64,000 nt of DNA from Allofournierella sp. (GTDB lineage Bacteria; Bacillota; Clostridia; Oscillospirales; Ruminococcaceae). The position numbers and the translations under genes are program-made. The notes below the pieces were generated by a model, which saw only the letters and a program-made list of their open reading frames with translations, was not told the DNA's origin and searched no databases. Numbering within the stretch: position 1 is the stretch's first letter; each line of letters begins with the position of its first letter. Below are positions 1 to 9,817 of this stretch, in pieces. The stretch lies in NCBI GenBank assembly GCA_020025635.1, contig JAHHRU010000003.1:33218-97217 (forward strand), read 5' to 3'.

Positions 1-1
1 A

Positions 2-1930
2 TTACTCTTCGTCGCCTTCAGCGGTCTCATTCAGCAGAGCCTTCATGGACAGGCTGATGCGCTTCTTGTCGAAGTCTACATCCAGCAGCTTCACGTTGAC
101 TTCATCGCCAACCTTCAGCACATCGCTTACCTTCTCAACGCGCTCGTTGCTGATCTCACTGATGTGAACCAGGCCGTCAACGCCGGGCAGGATGCGAACA
201 AAAGCACCAAACTTGGTGATGCTGACTACGGGAGCGGTGAACACGCTGCCAGCGGGATACTCGTTGCGCAGCTTCTCCCAGGGATTGTCCTCAGCCTTCT
301 TGAAGCCCAGAGAAACCTTCTGGTTCTCGGGGTCCAGAGCCTTGACATAAACCTCGATGGTATCGCCAACGCTCACAACCTCGCTGGGGTGCTTGATGCG
401 GTTCCAGCTCAGCTCGCTGATGTGGCACAGGCCGTCAACGCCGCCCACGTCCACAAAAGCGCCATAAGAGGTCAGGCTCTTTACAACGCCGGTGTAGGTC
501 TTGCCCACTTCAACGTCAGACCAGAAAGCCTCACGCTTTGCAGCGTTTGCCTCAGCGGTGACCTTGTTGATGGAGCCGATGATCTTGCGGCCGGCGCACT
601 CGGTGATAACCAGCTTTACGTTCTGGCCAACCAGAGCATTGATGTCCTCATCGCGGCGCATGGTAGCCTGGCTGCGGGGAACAAAGACCTTAACGCCCTT
701 GACCTTGGCGATCACGCCGCCCTTGTTGGTCTCGGTGATGACACCTTCCATAACGGTGCCTTCTTCAGCGGCCTTGGCAACCTCTTCCATACCCTTGCGG
801 GCTTCGAGCTTCTTGCGAGACAGGTAGGCAACGCCTTCCTGATCGTTGACCTTCTCGACGACGAGGTCCAGCTTGTCGCCAACCTTTACCAGATCTGCCG
901 CGTTCACAGAAGAATCATCGGTCAGCTCGGACAGCTTTACAAAGCCGGTGTGCTTGGTTCCGATATCAACCTGAACCTCATTGGGCGTAATGCTGGTAAC
1001 AGTGCCCTCCACTACTTTGCCTGCAAATACAGGCTTAAGGTTTGCTTCGCTCTCAGCAAAAAGCTCAGCAAAGCTCTGCTCTTCACGGATTTCTTCGCTC
1101 ATACTGTTAAGTACCTCCTCAATTATAGACGATGGCGTGGAAGCCCCTGCTGTGACGCCTACCGTTTTCACTCCCCGGAACCATTCGGGTTGTAGCTCTG
1201 CAGCTGTTTCAACCGTAACTGCTCCGGTGTGTTTTTCGGCGACCCTGACCAGCTTCTGGGTATTGGAAGAATGATGACCACCGATTACGACCATAAGATC
1301 GCATCGCCGGCTGAGGTCTTCCGCCTCCTGTTGCCTCGCCCACGTCGCATTACATATTGTATCAAAAATCTGGGCGTTTGTATAGTCTTTTTTTATAAAG
1401 TCTGTGCATTCCAACCATTTTGTCACTTGAAATGTCGTTTGAGCCACCACATATATTTCATTTTGACCATTTTTAGGCCCATTCCACGCTTTTAATTCGT
1501 TTAAATCTCCAAAAATGAAGCATTCTCCTTCGGTGTGTCCGGCAATGCCTTTCACCTCGGGGTGGGTCCGGTCGCCGGCAATCAGCAAAACGGCCCCTGC
1601 ATCGCTTGCTTTCTTTGCGATCCGATGGATCTTGGCCACAAAGGGGCAGGTGGCGTCGTGATATACAAGGCCCCGCTTTTCCAGCTCCCTGTACACCGCA
1701 GCCGGCACTCCGTGGCTGCGGATCACCACCTCATAGCCTTCTGGCACCTGGTCCAGGTTTTCGGCTGTGATGACCCCTTTGGATTCAAGATCCGCCACGC
1801 ACTGGGGGTTGTGGATCAGCGGCCCCAGCGTGGCAACTTTGTGACCTTCTTTTACAAGATCGTAGGTCAGCTTCACTGCCCGGTCCACACCAAAGCAGAA
1901 GCCGGCTGTTTTGGCCTTGATGATCTCCAT
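2..1930 (-). CDS. ispH: 4-hydroxy-3-methylbut-2-enyl diphosphate reductase (IspH/LytB) fused to C-terminal ribosomal protein S1-like (S1/OB) repeats
   Basis: 642-aa ORF. N-terminus [19 protein letters not shown]...ATCPFV...HHSSNT is IspH-like. The C-terminal half has several S1-type repeats (GxVxxVxxxGAFVxxxGxxGLxHISE). Confidence 0.9.
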   Translation of the reverse strand: MEIIKAKTAGFCFGVDRAVKLTYDLVKEGHKVATLGPLIHNPQCVADLESKGVITAENLDQVPEGYEVVIRSHGVPAAVYRELEKRGLVYHDATCPFVAKIHRIAKKASDAGAVLLIAGDRTHPEVKGIAGHTEGECFIFGDLNELKAWNGPKNGQNEIYVVAQTTFQVTKWLECTDFIKKDYTNAQIFDTICNATWARQQEAEDLSRRCDLMVVIGGHHSSNTQKLVRVAEKHTGAVTVETAAELQPEWFRGVKTVGVTAGASTPSSIIEEVLNSMSEEIREEQSFAELFAESEANLKPVFAGKVVEGTVTSITPNEVQVDIGTKHTGFVKLSELTDDSSVNAADLVKVGDKLDLVVEKVNDQEGVAYLSRKKLEARKGMEEVAKAAEEGTVMEGVITETNKGGVIAKVKGVKVFVPRSQATMRRDEDINALVGQNVKLVITECAGRKIIGSINKVTAEANAAKREAFWSDVEVGKTYTGVVKSLTSYGAFVDVGGVDGLCHISELSWNRIKHPSEVVSVGDTIEVYVKALDPENQKVSLGFKKAEDNPWEKLRNEYPAGSVFTAPVVSITKFGAFVRILPGVDGLVHISEISNERVEKVSDVLKVGDEVNVKLLDVDFDKKRISLSMKALLNETAEGDEE

Positions 1931-1942
1931 CCAAAAGCCTCC

Positions 1943-2554
1943 TTAAAATTTATTTTCCTCATACAGCTCTTCCCAGGCATCCAGCAGCATCTGCTTGCAT
2001 TCGCGCAGCTTTGCAGCCGAGCGGTTTTCGCCCAGATACAGCTTTTCGGCCGGGATGGGTTTGCCAAAGCAGACACGCACCCGGCTGAACAACCGCATGG
2101 TCTTGTGGCTGTAAATGATGCGGCAGGGGATCATATCCACCCCGGCGGCGCTGGCCGCAACAAAGGCGCCGCTTTTCAGCTTGCCCGGTTCCCCGGTTTT
2201 GGAGCGGGTCCCCTCGGGGAAGATCAGCATCCCACGGCCGCCGCGCACCTCATCGATGGCATTTTCCAGCACATCGGTCTGGCCTTTTCCGCGGGCGATG
2301 CTCACCACGCCCACCTTTTTGAAGAACCAGGTCAGCGGCGGGGCGATCTGCATCAGCTCCTCCTTTGCAAGCACCACCATTTTTCTGCCAAAGAAGCGGG
2401 CGGTGATCACAAATACCGGGTCCATGCCGGAAATGTGGTTTGAGGCCAGCACAAAGCCGCCCTCCCTGGGCAGGTTCTCTCTGCCGATGACCTTGATGCC
2501 GAACATCAAATGCCAGATCAGCCAGGCGCCCGCCACAACAAATGCGTAAAACAT
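1943..2554 (-). CDS. plsC: 1-acyl-sn-glycerol-3-phosphate acyltransferase (lysophospholipid acyltransferase family)
   Basis: 203 aa. Has the HX4D motif (NHISGMDP), FPEGTRS block and an N-terminal hydrophobic segment. Confidence 0.85.
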   Translation of the reverse strand: MFYAFVVAGAWLIWHLMFGIKVIGRENLPREGGFVLASNHISGMDPVFVITARFFGRKMVVLAKEELMQIAPPLTWFFKKVGVVSIARGKGQTDVLENAIDEVRGGRGMLIFPEGTRSKTGEPGKLKSGAFVAASAAGVDMIPCRIIYSHKTMRLFSRVRVCFGKPIPAEKLYLGENRSAAKLRECKQMLLDAWEELYEENKF

Positions 2555-2557
2555 GGC

Positions 2558-3229
2558 TTACGCCTCCTTCACCCGGTCCAGAATGACCTTTTTCAGAGCT
2601 TCGAAGCTCTCATCAAAGCTGAGCTCGCTGGTATCCACCAGCACTGCATCCTCTGCCTGCCGCAGGGGGGCGGTCTCCCGGTGCATATCCTGCCAGTCAC
2701 GCTGTTCGATGTCTGCCAGAACGGTGTCGAAATCCGCCTTCACACCCTTTTCCAGCAGTTCCTTCTGCCGGCGCTGGGCGCGGGACCTGCTGCTGGCGGT
2801 GAGATAGATCTTCACCGTTGCATCCGGCAGCACCACGGTGCCGATATCCCGGCCGTCCATCAGCACGTTCTGAGTTTTCGCCATATCCCGCTGGGTATCC
2901 AGCAGAAAAGAGCGGACCGCAGGATAAGCTGAAATACAGCTGGCGGCCATGCCCACCTCTTCGGCCCGGATGGCCTTGCTCACGTCTTTTTCTCCCAGCA
3001 GGATATGCTGGGTGCCGTTTTCGTAGCACAGCCGGATCTTTACGCCCGGCAGCATTGCGGATACCTGTGCTTCATTTTTCAGCTCGCCGCCGTTTTCCAT
3101 CACATACAGCCCAATGGAGCGGTACATCGCCCCGGTATCCACATACACATAGCCCAGCTCCCCGGCCAGCCGCCGGGCAAGGGTCGATTTTCCGGCCCCG
3201 GAAGGCCCGTCGATCGCAACAGAGATCAT
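2558..3229 (-). CDS. cmk: cytidylate kinase
   Basis: 223 aa. P-loop IAIDGPSGAGKST followed by DTGAMYR, typical of Cmk. Confidence 0.93.
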   Translation of the reverse strand: MISVAIDGPSGAGKSTLARRLAGELGYVYVDTGAMYRSIGLYVMENGGELKNEAQVSAMLPGVKIRLCYENGTQHILLGEKDVSKAIRAEEVGMAASCISAYPAVRSFLLDTQRDMAKTQNVLMDGRDIGTVVLPDATVKIYLTASSRSRAQRRQKELLEKGVKADFDTVLADIEQRDWQDMHRETAPLRQAEDAVLVDTSELSFDESFEALKKVILDRVKEA

Positions 3230-3231
3230 AG

Positions 3232-4452
3232 TTACTCCTCCTCAAAATGTGCTGCGGCCGCCTGAGCCGTGCTCCAGGCGATCTGCAGATTGTATCCGCC
3301 GGTGTAGGCATCCACATCCAGCACCTCTCCGGCAAAATAAAGGCCGGGGCAAAGCTTGGACTGCATGGTGCGCGGGTCCACCTCACGCACATTGACTCCG
3401 CCTGCGGTGATCACCGCATGTTCCAGGTCTCCCCGCTTGGAAATGGGCACCCTCCAGTGCTTGATGAACTCCACCAGGCGGCGCTTTTCCTCCCGGGTCA
3501 CCTGGTTTGCCCGGGTGGCCGGGTCAACGCCCCAGCGCTCCACCATCACCGGCTGCATGCTTGCAGGCAGCAGCTTTGCCAGCGCCCCCTGCACGCTTTT
3601 GCCGGAAAGCAGGGCAAAATCATTGGTGATGCGCTTATACAGCTTTTCTTCATCAAGAGCCGGCTTCAAATCGATCTCAGCCACCCACTCGTGCCCCTTC
3701 ATCTCTTTGATATAGCTGGAAGCCGAAAGGGTCAGCGGGCCGGAAATTCCGAAGTGGGTGAACAGCATCTCGCCCAGCTCGCTGTAAACGGCCTTTTTGT
3801 CCCGGTAAAGGGTCAATGTCACATTTTTGAGGGCAAGGCCCATCATTTTGCGGCAGTCCGCATCCGGGCTGCACAGGCTGCACAGGCTGGCCACCGGCTG
3901 CACGATGCTGTGGCCGGCCTGCTTTGCCAGCTTGTAGCCGTCACCGGTGGAGCCGGTGCCCGGATAGGACACACCGCCGGTGGTAATGAGCACCGCATCG
4001 GCCCGGAAGGTGCTGCCTTCCCGGGTCTTTACGCCCCGGCAGCAGCCGTCTTCCAAAATAAGCGAAGCGGCTTCTTCATAAATGATATCCGCATCTTTCG
4101 CATATCGTTCCAGCGCCCGGCGGATGTCCTCGGCCCGGTCGCTCTGGGGAAACACCCGGCGGCCCCGCTCGGTTTTCAGGGGCACCCCCAGCCGGATGAA
4201 CAGCTCCATGGCCTTTTGGGGCGGGAACGCATAAAGCGAAGAATACAGAAAGCGGGGATTTGTGCGCACGTTCTGCAAAAAGGTCTGCTCGTCGCACTCA
4301 TTGGTCACATTGCAGCGGCCCTTGCCGGTGACCAAAATCTTTTTGCCGGGCAGCTCGCTGTGTTCAAGCAGGGTCACACGGCAGCCGTTTTCCAGGGCGG
4401 CCCCCGCCGCCATCAGTCCGGCAGCGCCTGCGCCCACGATCAAAATATGCAT
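3232..4452 (-). CDS. NAD(P)/FAD-dependent flavoprotein, HI0933/BaiN-like family
   Basis: 406 aa. N-terminal dinucleotide fold ILIVGAGAAGLMAA, TGKGRCNVTN block, and C-terminal GLYFAGEVLDVDAYTGGYNLQ typical of the HI0933 family. Confidence 0.85.
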   Translation of the reverse strand: MHILIVGAGAAGLMAAGAALENGCRVTLLEHSELPGKKILVTGKGRCNVTNECDEQTFLQNVRTNPRFLYSSLYAFPPQKAMELFIRLGVPLKTERGRRVFPQSDRAEDIRRALERYAKDADIIYEEAASLILEDGCCRGVKTREGSTFRADAVLITTGGVSYPGTGSTGDGYKLAKQAGHSIVQPVASLCSLCSPDADCRKMMGLALKNVTLTLYRDKKAVYSELGEMLFTHFGISGPLTLSASSYIKEMKGHEWVAEIDLKPALDEEKLYKRITNDFALLSGKSVQGALAKLLPASMQPVMVERWGVDPATRANQVTREEKRRLVEFIKHWRVPISKRGDLEHAVITAGGVNVREVDPRTMQSKLCPGLYFAGEVLDVDAYTGGYNLQIAWSTAQAAAAHFEEE

Positions 4453-4456
4453 TCAT

Positions 4457-6202
4457 TTACTCCTTTGGATGCCGGGCAGTTTCCGGCAAAGTCAAAATTC
4501 CCACAGCCGAATAGAGCAGCAGCAGCGGGTGCACCGTGGCAAGGTACATGGTATAGGTGCCGATGTTGAAGCTGGCCACCTCCACAAAGGCCACCATGAA
4601 GCAGCGCAGCAGCGCCATGCCCAACAGGCCGGCGATCAGGGTCCACAGCAGGGCATCCCCGGGGCGGATGCCGCCCTCTCTGCGCTGTTTGAGCAGCGCA
4701 AGGCCCTGGCGGATCTGAAGCCATGCAGCCAGCAGGAACAATATCGGCAGACCGATCATATAAACGAACCGAACCGCCTGCAAAATGCCGAAGGCCAGCT
4801 TCTGCAGGGGGCTGTAATAGGGCAGCGCCGTGCCCGCCTGGGCGGCGCTGTTGGTGCGGCAGCCCAGATACTCCTCCCACACTGCCAGGTCTTCCGGCAG
4901 GCCGACGGACATGTTCTGCGCATCATAGGGGGCGCAGTCCAGAAACAGAAGGGTGTGCGCAAAGCTTTTCAGTCCCTCTGCCAGAACCGGGGCCACATAT
5001 TCTGCCCGAACCGGCGGGGTGGTGCCCACCCGGCGGGGGCCGGAAGAAGGCAGCCGGCCCTCATCGCATAGCCGGTTGATGGCCTCGCCCACCTCTTTCC
5101 AGTAGGCATCCGCACCGGGGGCGGTGTCATAAATGCCCTCATACCAGGCCGCCTTGCGGATCGCCCAGTAAAAGCTTCCCGCCTGATAGTCCCCAAGCTC
5201 CGGGTTCCGGTAGCTGTTTTGCAGGTCTTCGTCCTCTTCCAGCCACTTTTCCAGCGGGGCCAGCTCGGGGACCGCATCATACAGCATTTCCCGTGTCTTC
5301 TGCGGCACAGTAACAAGCCTTGTATATTCCCCCGGGTCCACCCGGTTCATGGCGCCCATGGCCTGGGCAAAGCCGCCGCCGGAAAAATCGCTCACGGCCG
5401 CAAGGCCATAATGGAGCTGGTTCATGGCGCAGAAAGCGCCGATGCCGCCGGCCAAAACCAAAAACGGCACAAGCAAAACCCCGCACCGGGCAATTTTTTG
5501 GCCCAGGGGCTGCCGCTCACGCAGTGCGGTGATGACAAGGATCACGCTGCCCGCCAGTGCAAACGGCAGCAGCCACATGCCGTCTTCCCGGGTGAGCCAG
5601 GCCGCGGCAAGCCCCAGGCCGGAAAGCAAAAGCCAGGGCAGCCCTTTTTTGAAGGGCCGGCGGCAGCGCAGTGCATAGCCGCAAAGGCCCGCAAAAAACA
5701 GCATGCACAGCGCCGGGAAGATATTGTCCCGGTAAAAGCGCAGAGTGAACTGGGCGCTCACCGCCGGGTTAAAGGCCAGCAGCAGAAACACCGCCAGCCG
5801 GCTTTTCCAGCGTTTCAATACCGGGGCAAAGGCAAACGCCGCACTGAGCGCCGCCCCCGAAGCCAGCAGCTGGCCCGCCGCAAGATACGGGATATGCAGC
5901 GCATGGCACAGGGCCGCCCACACAGGAAAGAACATATGCTTTGAAAGGGTGAGCCAGTCATACTCCCCCAGCCACCGGCCGGCAGTGATGCTTTGGGCCG
6001 CCCGGAACATCAGCTCGTCATCAATGGGCGCACCATCGATCCAGGTGTAGACCATCTGAAACCGGCTCAAAATCACCTTTGCCAGCACCGCCAGCACCAC
6101 CAGCAGCCAGAAGGTCCGTTTGCTGATGTCTTTCTGCCAGCTTTTTTTGAGTTTCTGCAAGGTTCCCAGGTCCTCCGTTTCGTTACTTCTGAATTTTTTC
6201 AA
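4457..6202 (-). CDS. polytopic membrane protein, putative GT-C-fold glycosyltransferase
   Basis: 581 aa. About 10 or more hydrophobic helices in the N-terminal half. Acidic DDE motif after TM1 (GAPIDDELMFRAAQ). Large soluble C-terminal half. Last gene of a glycosylation operon. Confidence 0.6.
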   Translation of the reverse strand: MKKFRSNETEDLGTLQKLKKSWQKDISKRTFWLLVVLAVLAKVILSRFQMVYTWIDGAPIDDELMFRAAQSITAGRWLGEYDWLTLSKHMFFPVWAALCHALHIPYLAAGQLLASGAALSAAFAFAPVLKRWKSRLAVFLLLAFNPAVSAQFTLRFYRDNIFPALCMLFFAGLCGYALRCRRPFKKGLPWLLLSGLGLAAAWLTREDGMWLLPFALAGSVILVITALRERQPLGQKIARCGVLLVPFLVLAGGIGAFCAMNQLHYGLAAVSDFSGGGFAQAMGAMNRVDPGEYTRLVTVPQKTREMLYDAVPELAPLEKWLEEDEDLQNSYRNPELGDYQAGSFYWAIRKAAWYEGIYDTAPGADAYWKEVGEAINRLCDEGRLPSSGPRRVGTTPPVRAEYVAPVLAEGLKSFAHTLLFLDCAPYDAQNMSVGLPEDLAVWEEYLGCRTNSAAQAGTALPYYSPLQKLAFGILQAVRFVYMIGLPILFLLAAWLQIRQGLALLKQRREGGIRPGDALLWTLIAGLLGMALLRCFMVAFVEVASFNIGTYTMYLATVHPLLLLYSAVGILTLPETARHPKE

Positions 6203-7100
6203 TGCTCTCGATCAGGTAGTTCTGCTTTTTGAACACCAGCCGGACCAGCAGGTTGAGATATTTCACCGCAACGGTCAAAATGAAGAACAGGCCCGACATT
6301 CCCGCCGAGAGCACCAGCATGGTGGTGGTCCAGCCCTGAATGGGGTCACCAGTGACCCAGATCACGATGGTGTACACCAGAGCCACCAGCGTGAGCGCCA
6401 GCATTGCGCAGCTCACAAACAGGCTCAGCTTATAGCCCGCATCGGTATAAAGGGCCAGGCTGTCCATGGCCTTGTCCAGTCGCGCCTCTTCTCCGGAAGG
6501 GGCCCTGCCCTCAAAGCGGATGGTGGCGCAGGCAAGGCCGCTTGCCGCATAGGCCGCCTTGCGGTAGGCCAGATCCTCGCTGATGGCGTGCACCCGGTTG
6601 ATGGCTCTGCGGCTCACCAGCCGGAACACATCGGTGGTGAGCGGATAGGCGCTGTTGCTGAACCGGTTGAAAAGCTGATAGAACATCCGGCTGGTCGTTC
6701 TTGCCTTGGAGGGGCACACCGTGACCACATCGAAACCGGTCAGAGCCTTCTGATAGGCCTGCCAGATAAGTTCCGGGGCATAGCCGCCCTCCATGCCGTC
6801 AAATTCATACACAAAATCGCCGATGGCCGCATCCAGGCCTGCGTTCATGGCGGGCTCCACCCCCTGCCGCAGGCTCATGTTCAGCACAGTGAGCGGCGCG
6901 TTCAGCTGGCTGGCGGCCCAGCTTTTCAGCCGATCCACCGTTTCATCGGTGCAGCCGTCGTTCACGGCGATCAGCTCATAATGTTCAAAATGTTCGGCCA
7001 GCTGCCGGTCCAGATCCTCAAAAAAGCCCTGGACACGCTCCTGCTGATTCTGCAGGTAGACCACAGCCGAAACAAAGTTTTTTTCTTTATTCTCTGCCAT
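6183..7100 (-). CDS. family 2 glycosyltransferase with C-terminal TM helices (GtrB/CsbB-like polyprenyl-phosphate glycosyltransferase)
   Basis: SAVVYLQN...IAVNDGCTDET is a GT2 signature. Two C-terminal hydrophobic helices. I prefer the ATG at 7100 (GAGGTG RBS 8 nt upstream) to the track start at 7124. Confidence 0.75.
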   Translation of the reverse strand: MAENKEKNFVSAVVYLQNQQERVQGFFEDLDRQLAEHFEHYELIAVNDGCTDETVDRLKSWAASQLNAPLTVLNMSLRQGVEPAMNAGLDAAIGDFVYEFDGMEGGYAPELIWQAYQKALTGFDVVTVCPSKARTTSRMFYQLFNRFSNSAYPLTTDVFRLVSRRAINRVHAISEDLAYRKAAYAASGLACATIRFEGRAPSGEEARLDKAMDSLALYTDAGYKLSLFVSCAMLALTLVALVYTIVIWVTGDPIQGWTTTMLVLSAGMSGLFFILTVAVKYLNLLVRLVFKKQNYLIESIEKIQK

Positions 7101-8214
7101 TGCGAAGCACCTCGTCCAAATCATAAACCGTGTTGATCTTACCGGAAAGCACGCTCACAAAGGCCGGGTCTGAGGCGTACTGCCGAATGACCGTGGGACG
7201 GGAATCATCGATCTCGCTGGCCTTTAAAATGGGTTTCATGCTGAACAGGCTTTCCTTGTACTCAAACCCGTATTCCGGCTTCAGATACTTGCGGGCCAGC
7301 TGGCTCATCATGGGCCAGGCGGATCGGGGTTTTGCCGGGCAGCTGTTGCAGTTGTACAGGTCCCCCGGCCGGCAAAGGCCCTGGCTGTGCTGCTGGCATT
7401 CAAAGGCGGGCAGCGGATCATAGCTGGTAACGTGCGGGGTAAAGGTCACGCTGGTCAGGCTGTGAAGGCCGGTGCGGCCGAAGGGCATGATGGAGAAGAA
7501 GGGCCCGTCCATCACCGTGATGCCGGTATCCTTCAGCTTTTCATCCACCGTGCACAGAATGATCTCGCACAGCTCATATTTGATTTTAAACGGCTCAAAG
7601 CCCATCATCTGGTGCAGCTCGTTCACCCCCGCATAGGTGGCGTTGAGCAGAAACGGCGCCTCGGCCGTTACATCGCCGGCCTTCACCCGCCATACGCTGC
7701 CGGCACGCTCGATGACCTGCGGCTTGTGGTTATAGCGGATCTCCACTGTGGGCAGGGCCGTAACCTCCCGCAGGAAGTGATCCTTCAAAATCTGCGCATC
7801 GTAGGTATACTCGGTGGTGAGGAACGCTCCGTCACACTGGCCGTCGTTGAAATATTTGCCCGGGGCCACATCGTCACAGCGGATATTTGCCGCTTTGCAG
7901 AACCGTCGGAATTCCTCGGCATTTGTCCAGGAAAAATGGGCGCTGGTGGCATAGACCTGATCGAACTCCTTCAAAAGGCAGAAGGAATAATCCTTGCAGA
8001 ACCGTTCAAAATAGCCTGCGCTTTTGATGGCAGTGGAATAGCTGCGGGGGTAATGGTAGCCCATGTGCACCCGTGCCTGATTGATGTAGGTGGCCCGCAT
8101 AAAGGGGCTGGGGTCCTTTTCCAGCACCAGCACCTTTTCGCCCCGTTTGCCGCACTGATGTGCGGAATACAGGCCGTAAAGCCCGGCACCGATGATGATC
8201 TTGTCATAGATCAT
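7087..8214 (-). CDS. FAD-dependent oxidoreductase (DAO/GR2-like)
   Basis: 375 aa. N-terminal KIIIGAGLYGLYSA...VLVLEK Rossmann dinucleotide motif. Confidence 0.7.
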   Translation of the reverse strand: MIYDKIIIGAGLYGLYSAHQCGKRGEKVLVLEKDPSPFMRATYINQARVHMGYHYPRSYSTAIKSAGYFERFCKDYSFCLLKEFDQVYATSAHFSWTNAEEFRRFCKAANIRCDDVAPGKYFNDGQCDGAFLTTEYTYDAQILKDHFLREVTALPTVEIRYNHKPQVIERAGSVWRVKAGDVTAEAPFLLNATYAGVNELHQMMGFEPFKIKYELCEIILCTVDEKLKDTGITVMDGPFFSIMPFGRTGLHSLTSVTFTPHVTSYDPLPAFECQQHSQGLCRPGDLYNCNSCPAKPRSAWPMMSQLARKYLKPEYGFEYKESLFSMKPILKASEIDDSRPTVIRQYASDPAFVSVLSGKINTVYDLDEVLRNGRE

Positions 8215-8240
8215 GGGGATTTTCCCCCTTTCCGTTGTGA

Positions 8241-9038
8241 TTAAGGGTTGTATTTGCCCGCAAGGGCCGCAAACAGGATCTTCAAAAGGTTGGAATTTCC
8301 CTGAAAGCCCTTGATCTTGGTGGGCGTGGGCTCCGATTTGGGGTAAGCCCGCTCCACAGGCACCTCACAGGCCCTGAGGCCCAGCTGGGTCGCCCGCACC
8401 GAAAGGTAGGCAAGCAGCTCATACCCGGTAAAGATATCCCGAAGCGGCTGCACCAGCGGGTGGGTCAGATAAGCCCGGCTGTAACCCCGGTAGGCGTTGG
8501 TGGTATCGGTAAACCACTGCCGCGCCCCCAGGCTGATGAGCGGGGCGTGAATGAACCGCACCGCCAGCCAGCGGGAAACCGGCGTGTTCACCGCTTTGCC
8601 GCCCCGGATGAACCGGCTGCCCTGGATGAAGTCATAGCCTTCCTCCAGCTTTTCTATGAAGAGTGGCACGCTCTCGATGGAGTCTTTGTTGTTGCCGTCA
8701 ATGGTGAGGATGTTGTCGTACCCCTTTGCCAGCGCATAATGGATGCCCATGCGCAGCTGTGCCCCCTGTTTGCCGGGCCCGGTTTTGGTGAGCAGGGTGT
8801 TCACCTTCCTCGCCCGCAGTCCGGCAAGCTCCATGCTGCCGTCGGTGCTGCCGCCGTCACACAGGATGATGTCCGCCTGCTCAGGGATATCTGCCTTCAC
8901 CGCCCGGTCCAGCTCGGCCAAGATCCGCTTGCCCTCGTTGATAATCGGGATCAGGATGCAGCTTTTGCCGGTCTTTTTGGCCAGGCGCTCAATGGTATAG
9001 GAGGGCACGCCCGCCATGCCTTCAAACACTTCGCTCAT
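8241..9038 (-). CDS. family 2 glycosyltransferase (soluble, Dpm1/Ppm1-like)
   Basis: 265 aa. ILIPIINEG...ILCDGGSTDGS...TIDGNNKD motifs. Start overlaps the upstream stop by 4 nt (ATGA). Confidence 0.72.
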   Translation of the reverse strand: MSEVFEGMAGVPSYTIERLAKKTGKSCILIPIINEGKRILAELDRAVKADIPEQADIILCDGGSTDGSMELAGLRARKVNTLLTKTGPGKQGAQLRMGIHYALAKGYDNILTIDGNNKDSIESVPLFIEKLEEGYDFIQGSRFIRGGKAVNTPVSRWLAVRFIHAPLISLGARQWFTDTTNAYRGYSRAYLTHPLVQPLRDIFTGYELLAYLSVRATQLGLRACEVPVERAYPKSEPTPTKIKGFQGNSNLLKILFAALAGKYNP

Positions 9039-9817
9039 CCAAATACCTCCGCCACATATTCCAGGCAGTTTTTCAATGTGTCCCTATCCGCAGCCTTCAT
9101 TTCCACCGAAACAAAGCCCTGATAGCCCACTGCATTCAGCAGCATGGCCAGCTCTTTGTGAAGCGGCCGCTTCTCAATGGGCGCAAGGCCCGGCTCGCTG
9201 ATGTGCACATGGCTCACATGCTGCAATTTTGCCGCAAAATCCCGGGGCTGCTCGCCGTTTGCGATCATGGTGCCCACATCCAAATTCACCGCAAGGCCCG
9301 GGCTTTTGAGCCGTTCCACCAGTGCGAACGCATCGGTGGTGGTGTTGAGAAAATTGGTGTTGTACATGGGCGGGTTCGCTTCCAGAGCGATCACCGCATC
9401 CCGGCGCTGGGCAAGGTAGCCGATCTCTTCAAAAAAGCCGTCTGCCTGGGCAGCCCAGCAGCCTTCCGGGATATTCCGGTTTCGGGGGCATCCGAAAACA
9501 AGGCTGGGGCAGTGGCAGGCGTAGGCAAACTCCAATGCCTCGCCGGTATATTCGGCAAGGGCCTTTGCGCCTTCCTCATCAAAAATATTTTCCGAGCGGC
9601 CGTACCAGATGCTCTGCATGCTGGGGATGGAAAGGCCGTATTTCTGGAACATCACCCCGGTGAACAGTGCCGCGCCGGGCAGATTGTCATAAGGGTATTC
9701 CGGGAACACCCGGGTGGGGGCGATTTCCAGGCCCTGATAGCCCAGATTTTTCAAAAGCTCCCATACGGCCGGATCCTCCTGCTGGGTCCAGCCGATGTTG
9801 GATGCAGACAGTTTCAT
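9035..9817 (-). CDS. sugar phosphate isomerase/epimerase (xylose-isomerase-like TIM barrel)
   Basis: MKLSASNIGW...GYQGLEIAP...HVHISE pattern. I prefer the ATG at 9817, which gives a 4-nt ATGA overlap with the upstream gene. The track start at 9880 adds an unlikely extension. Confidence 0.7.
   Translation of the reverse strand: MKLSASNIGWTQQEDPAVWELLKNLGYQGLEIAPTRVFPEYPYDNLPGAALFTGVMFQKYGLSIPSMQSIWYGRSENIFDEEGAKALAEYTGEALEFAYACHCPSLVFGCPRNRNIPEGCWAAQADGFFEEIGYLAQRRDAVIALEANPPMYNTNFLNTTTDAFALVERLKSPGLAVNLDVGTMIANGEQPRDFAAKLQHVSHVHISEPGLAPIEKRPLHKELAMLLNAVGYQGFVSVEMKAADRDTLKNCLEYVAEVFG

Noticed and set aside
2-1930. IspH fused to S1 RNA-binding repeats as a possible novelty
   Set aside because: To my knowledge this fusion architecture is common and already annotated in Clostridia, so it is not novel. 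It is listed as a feature only.
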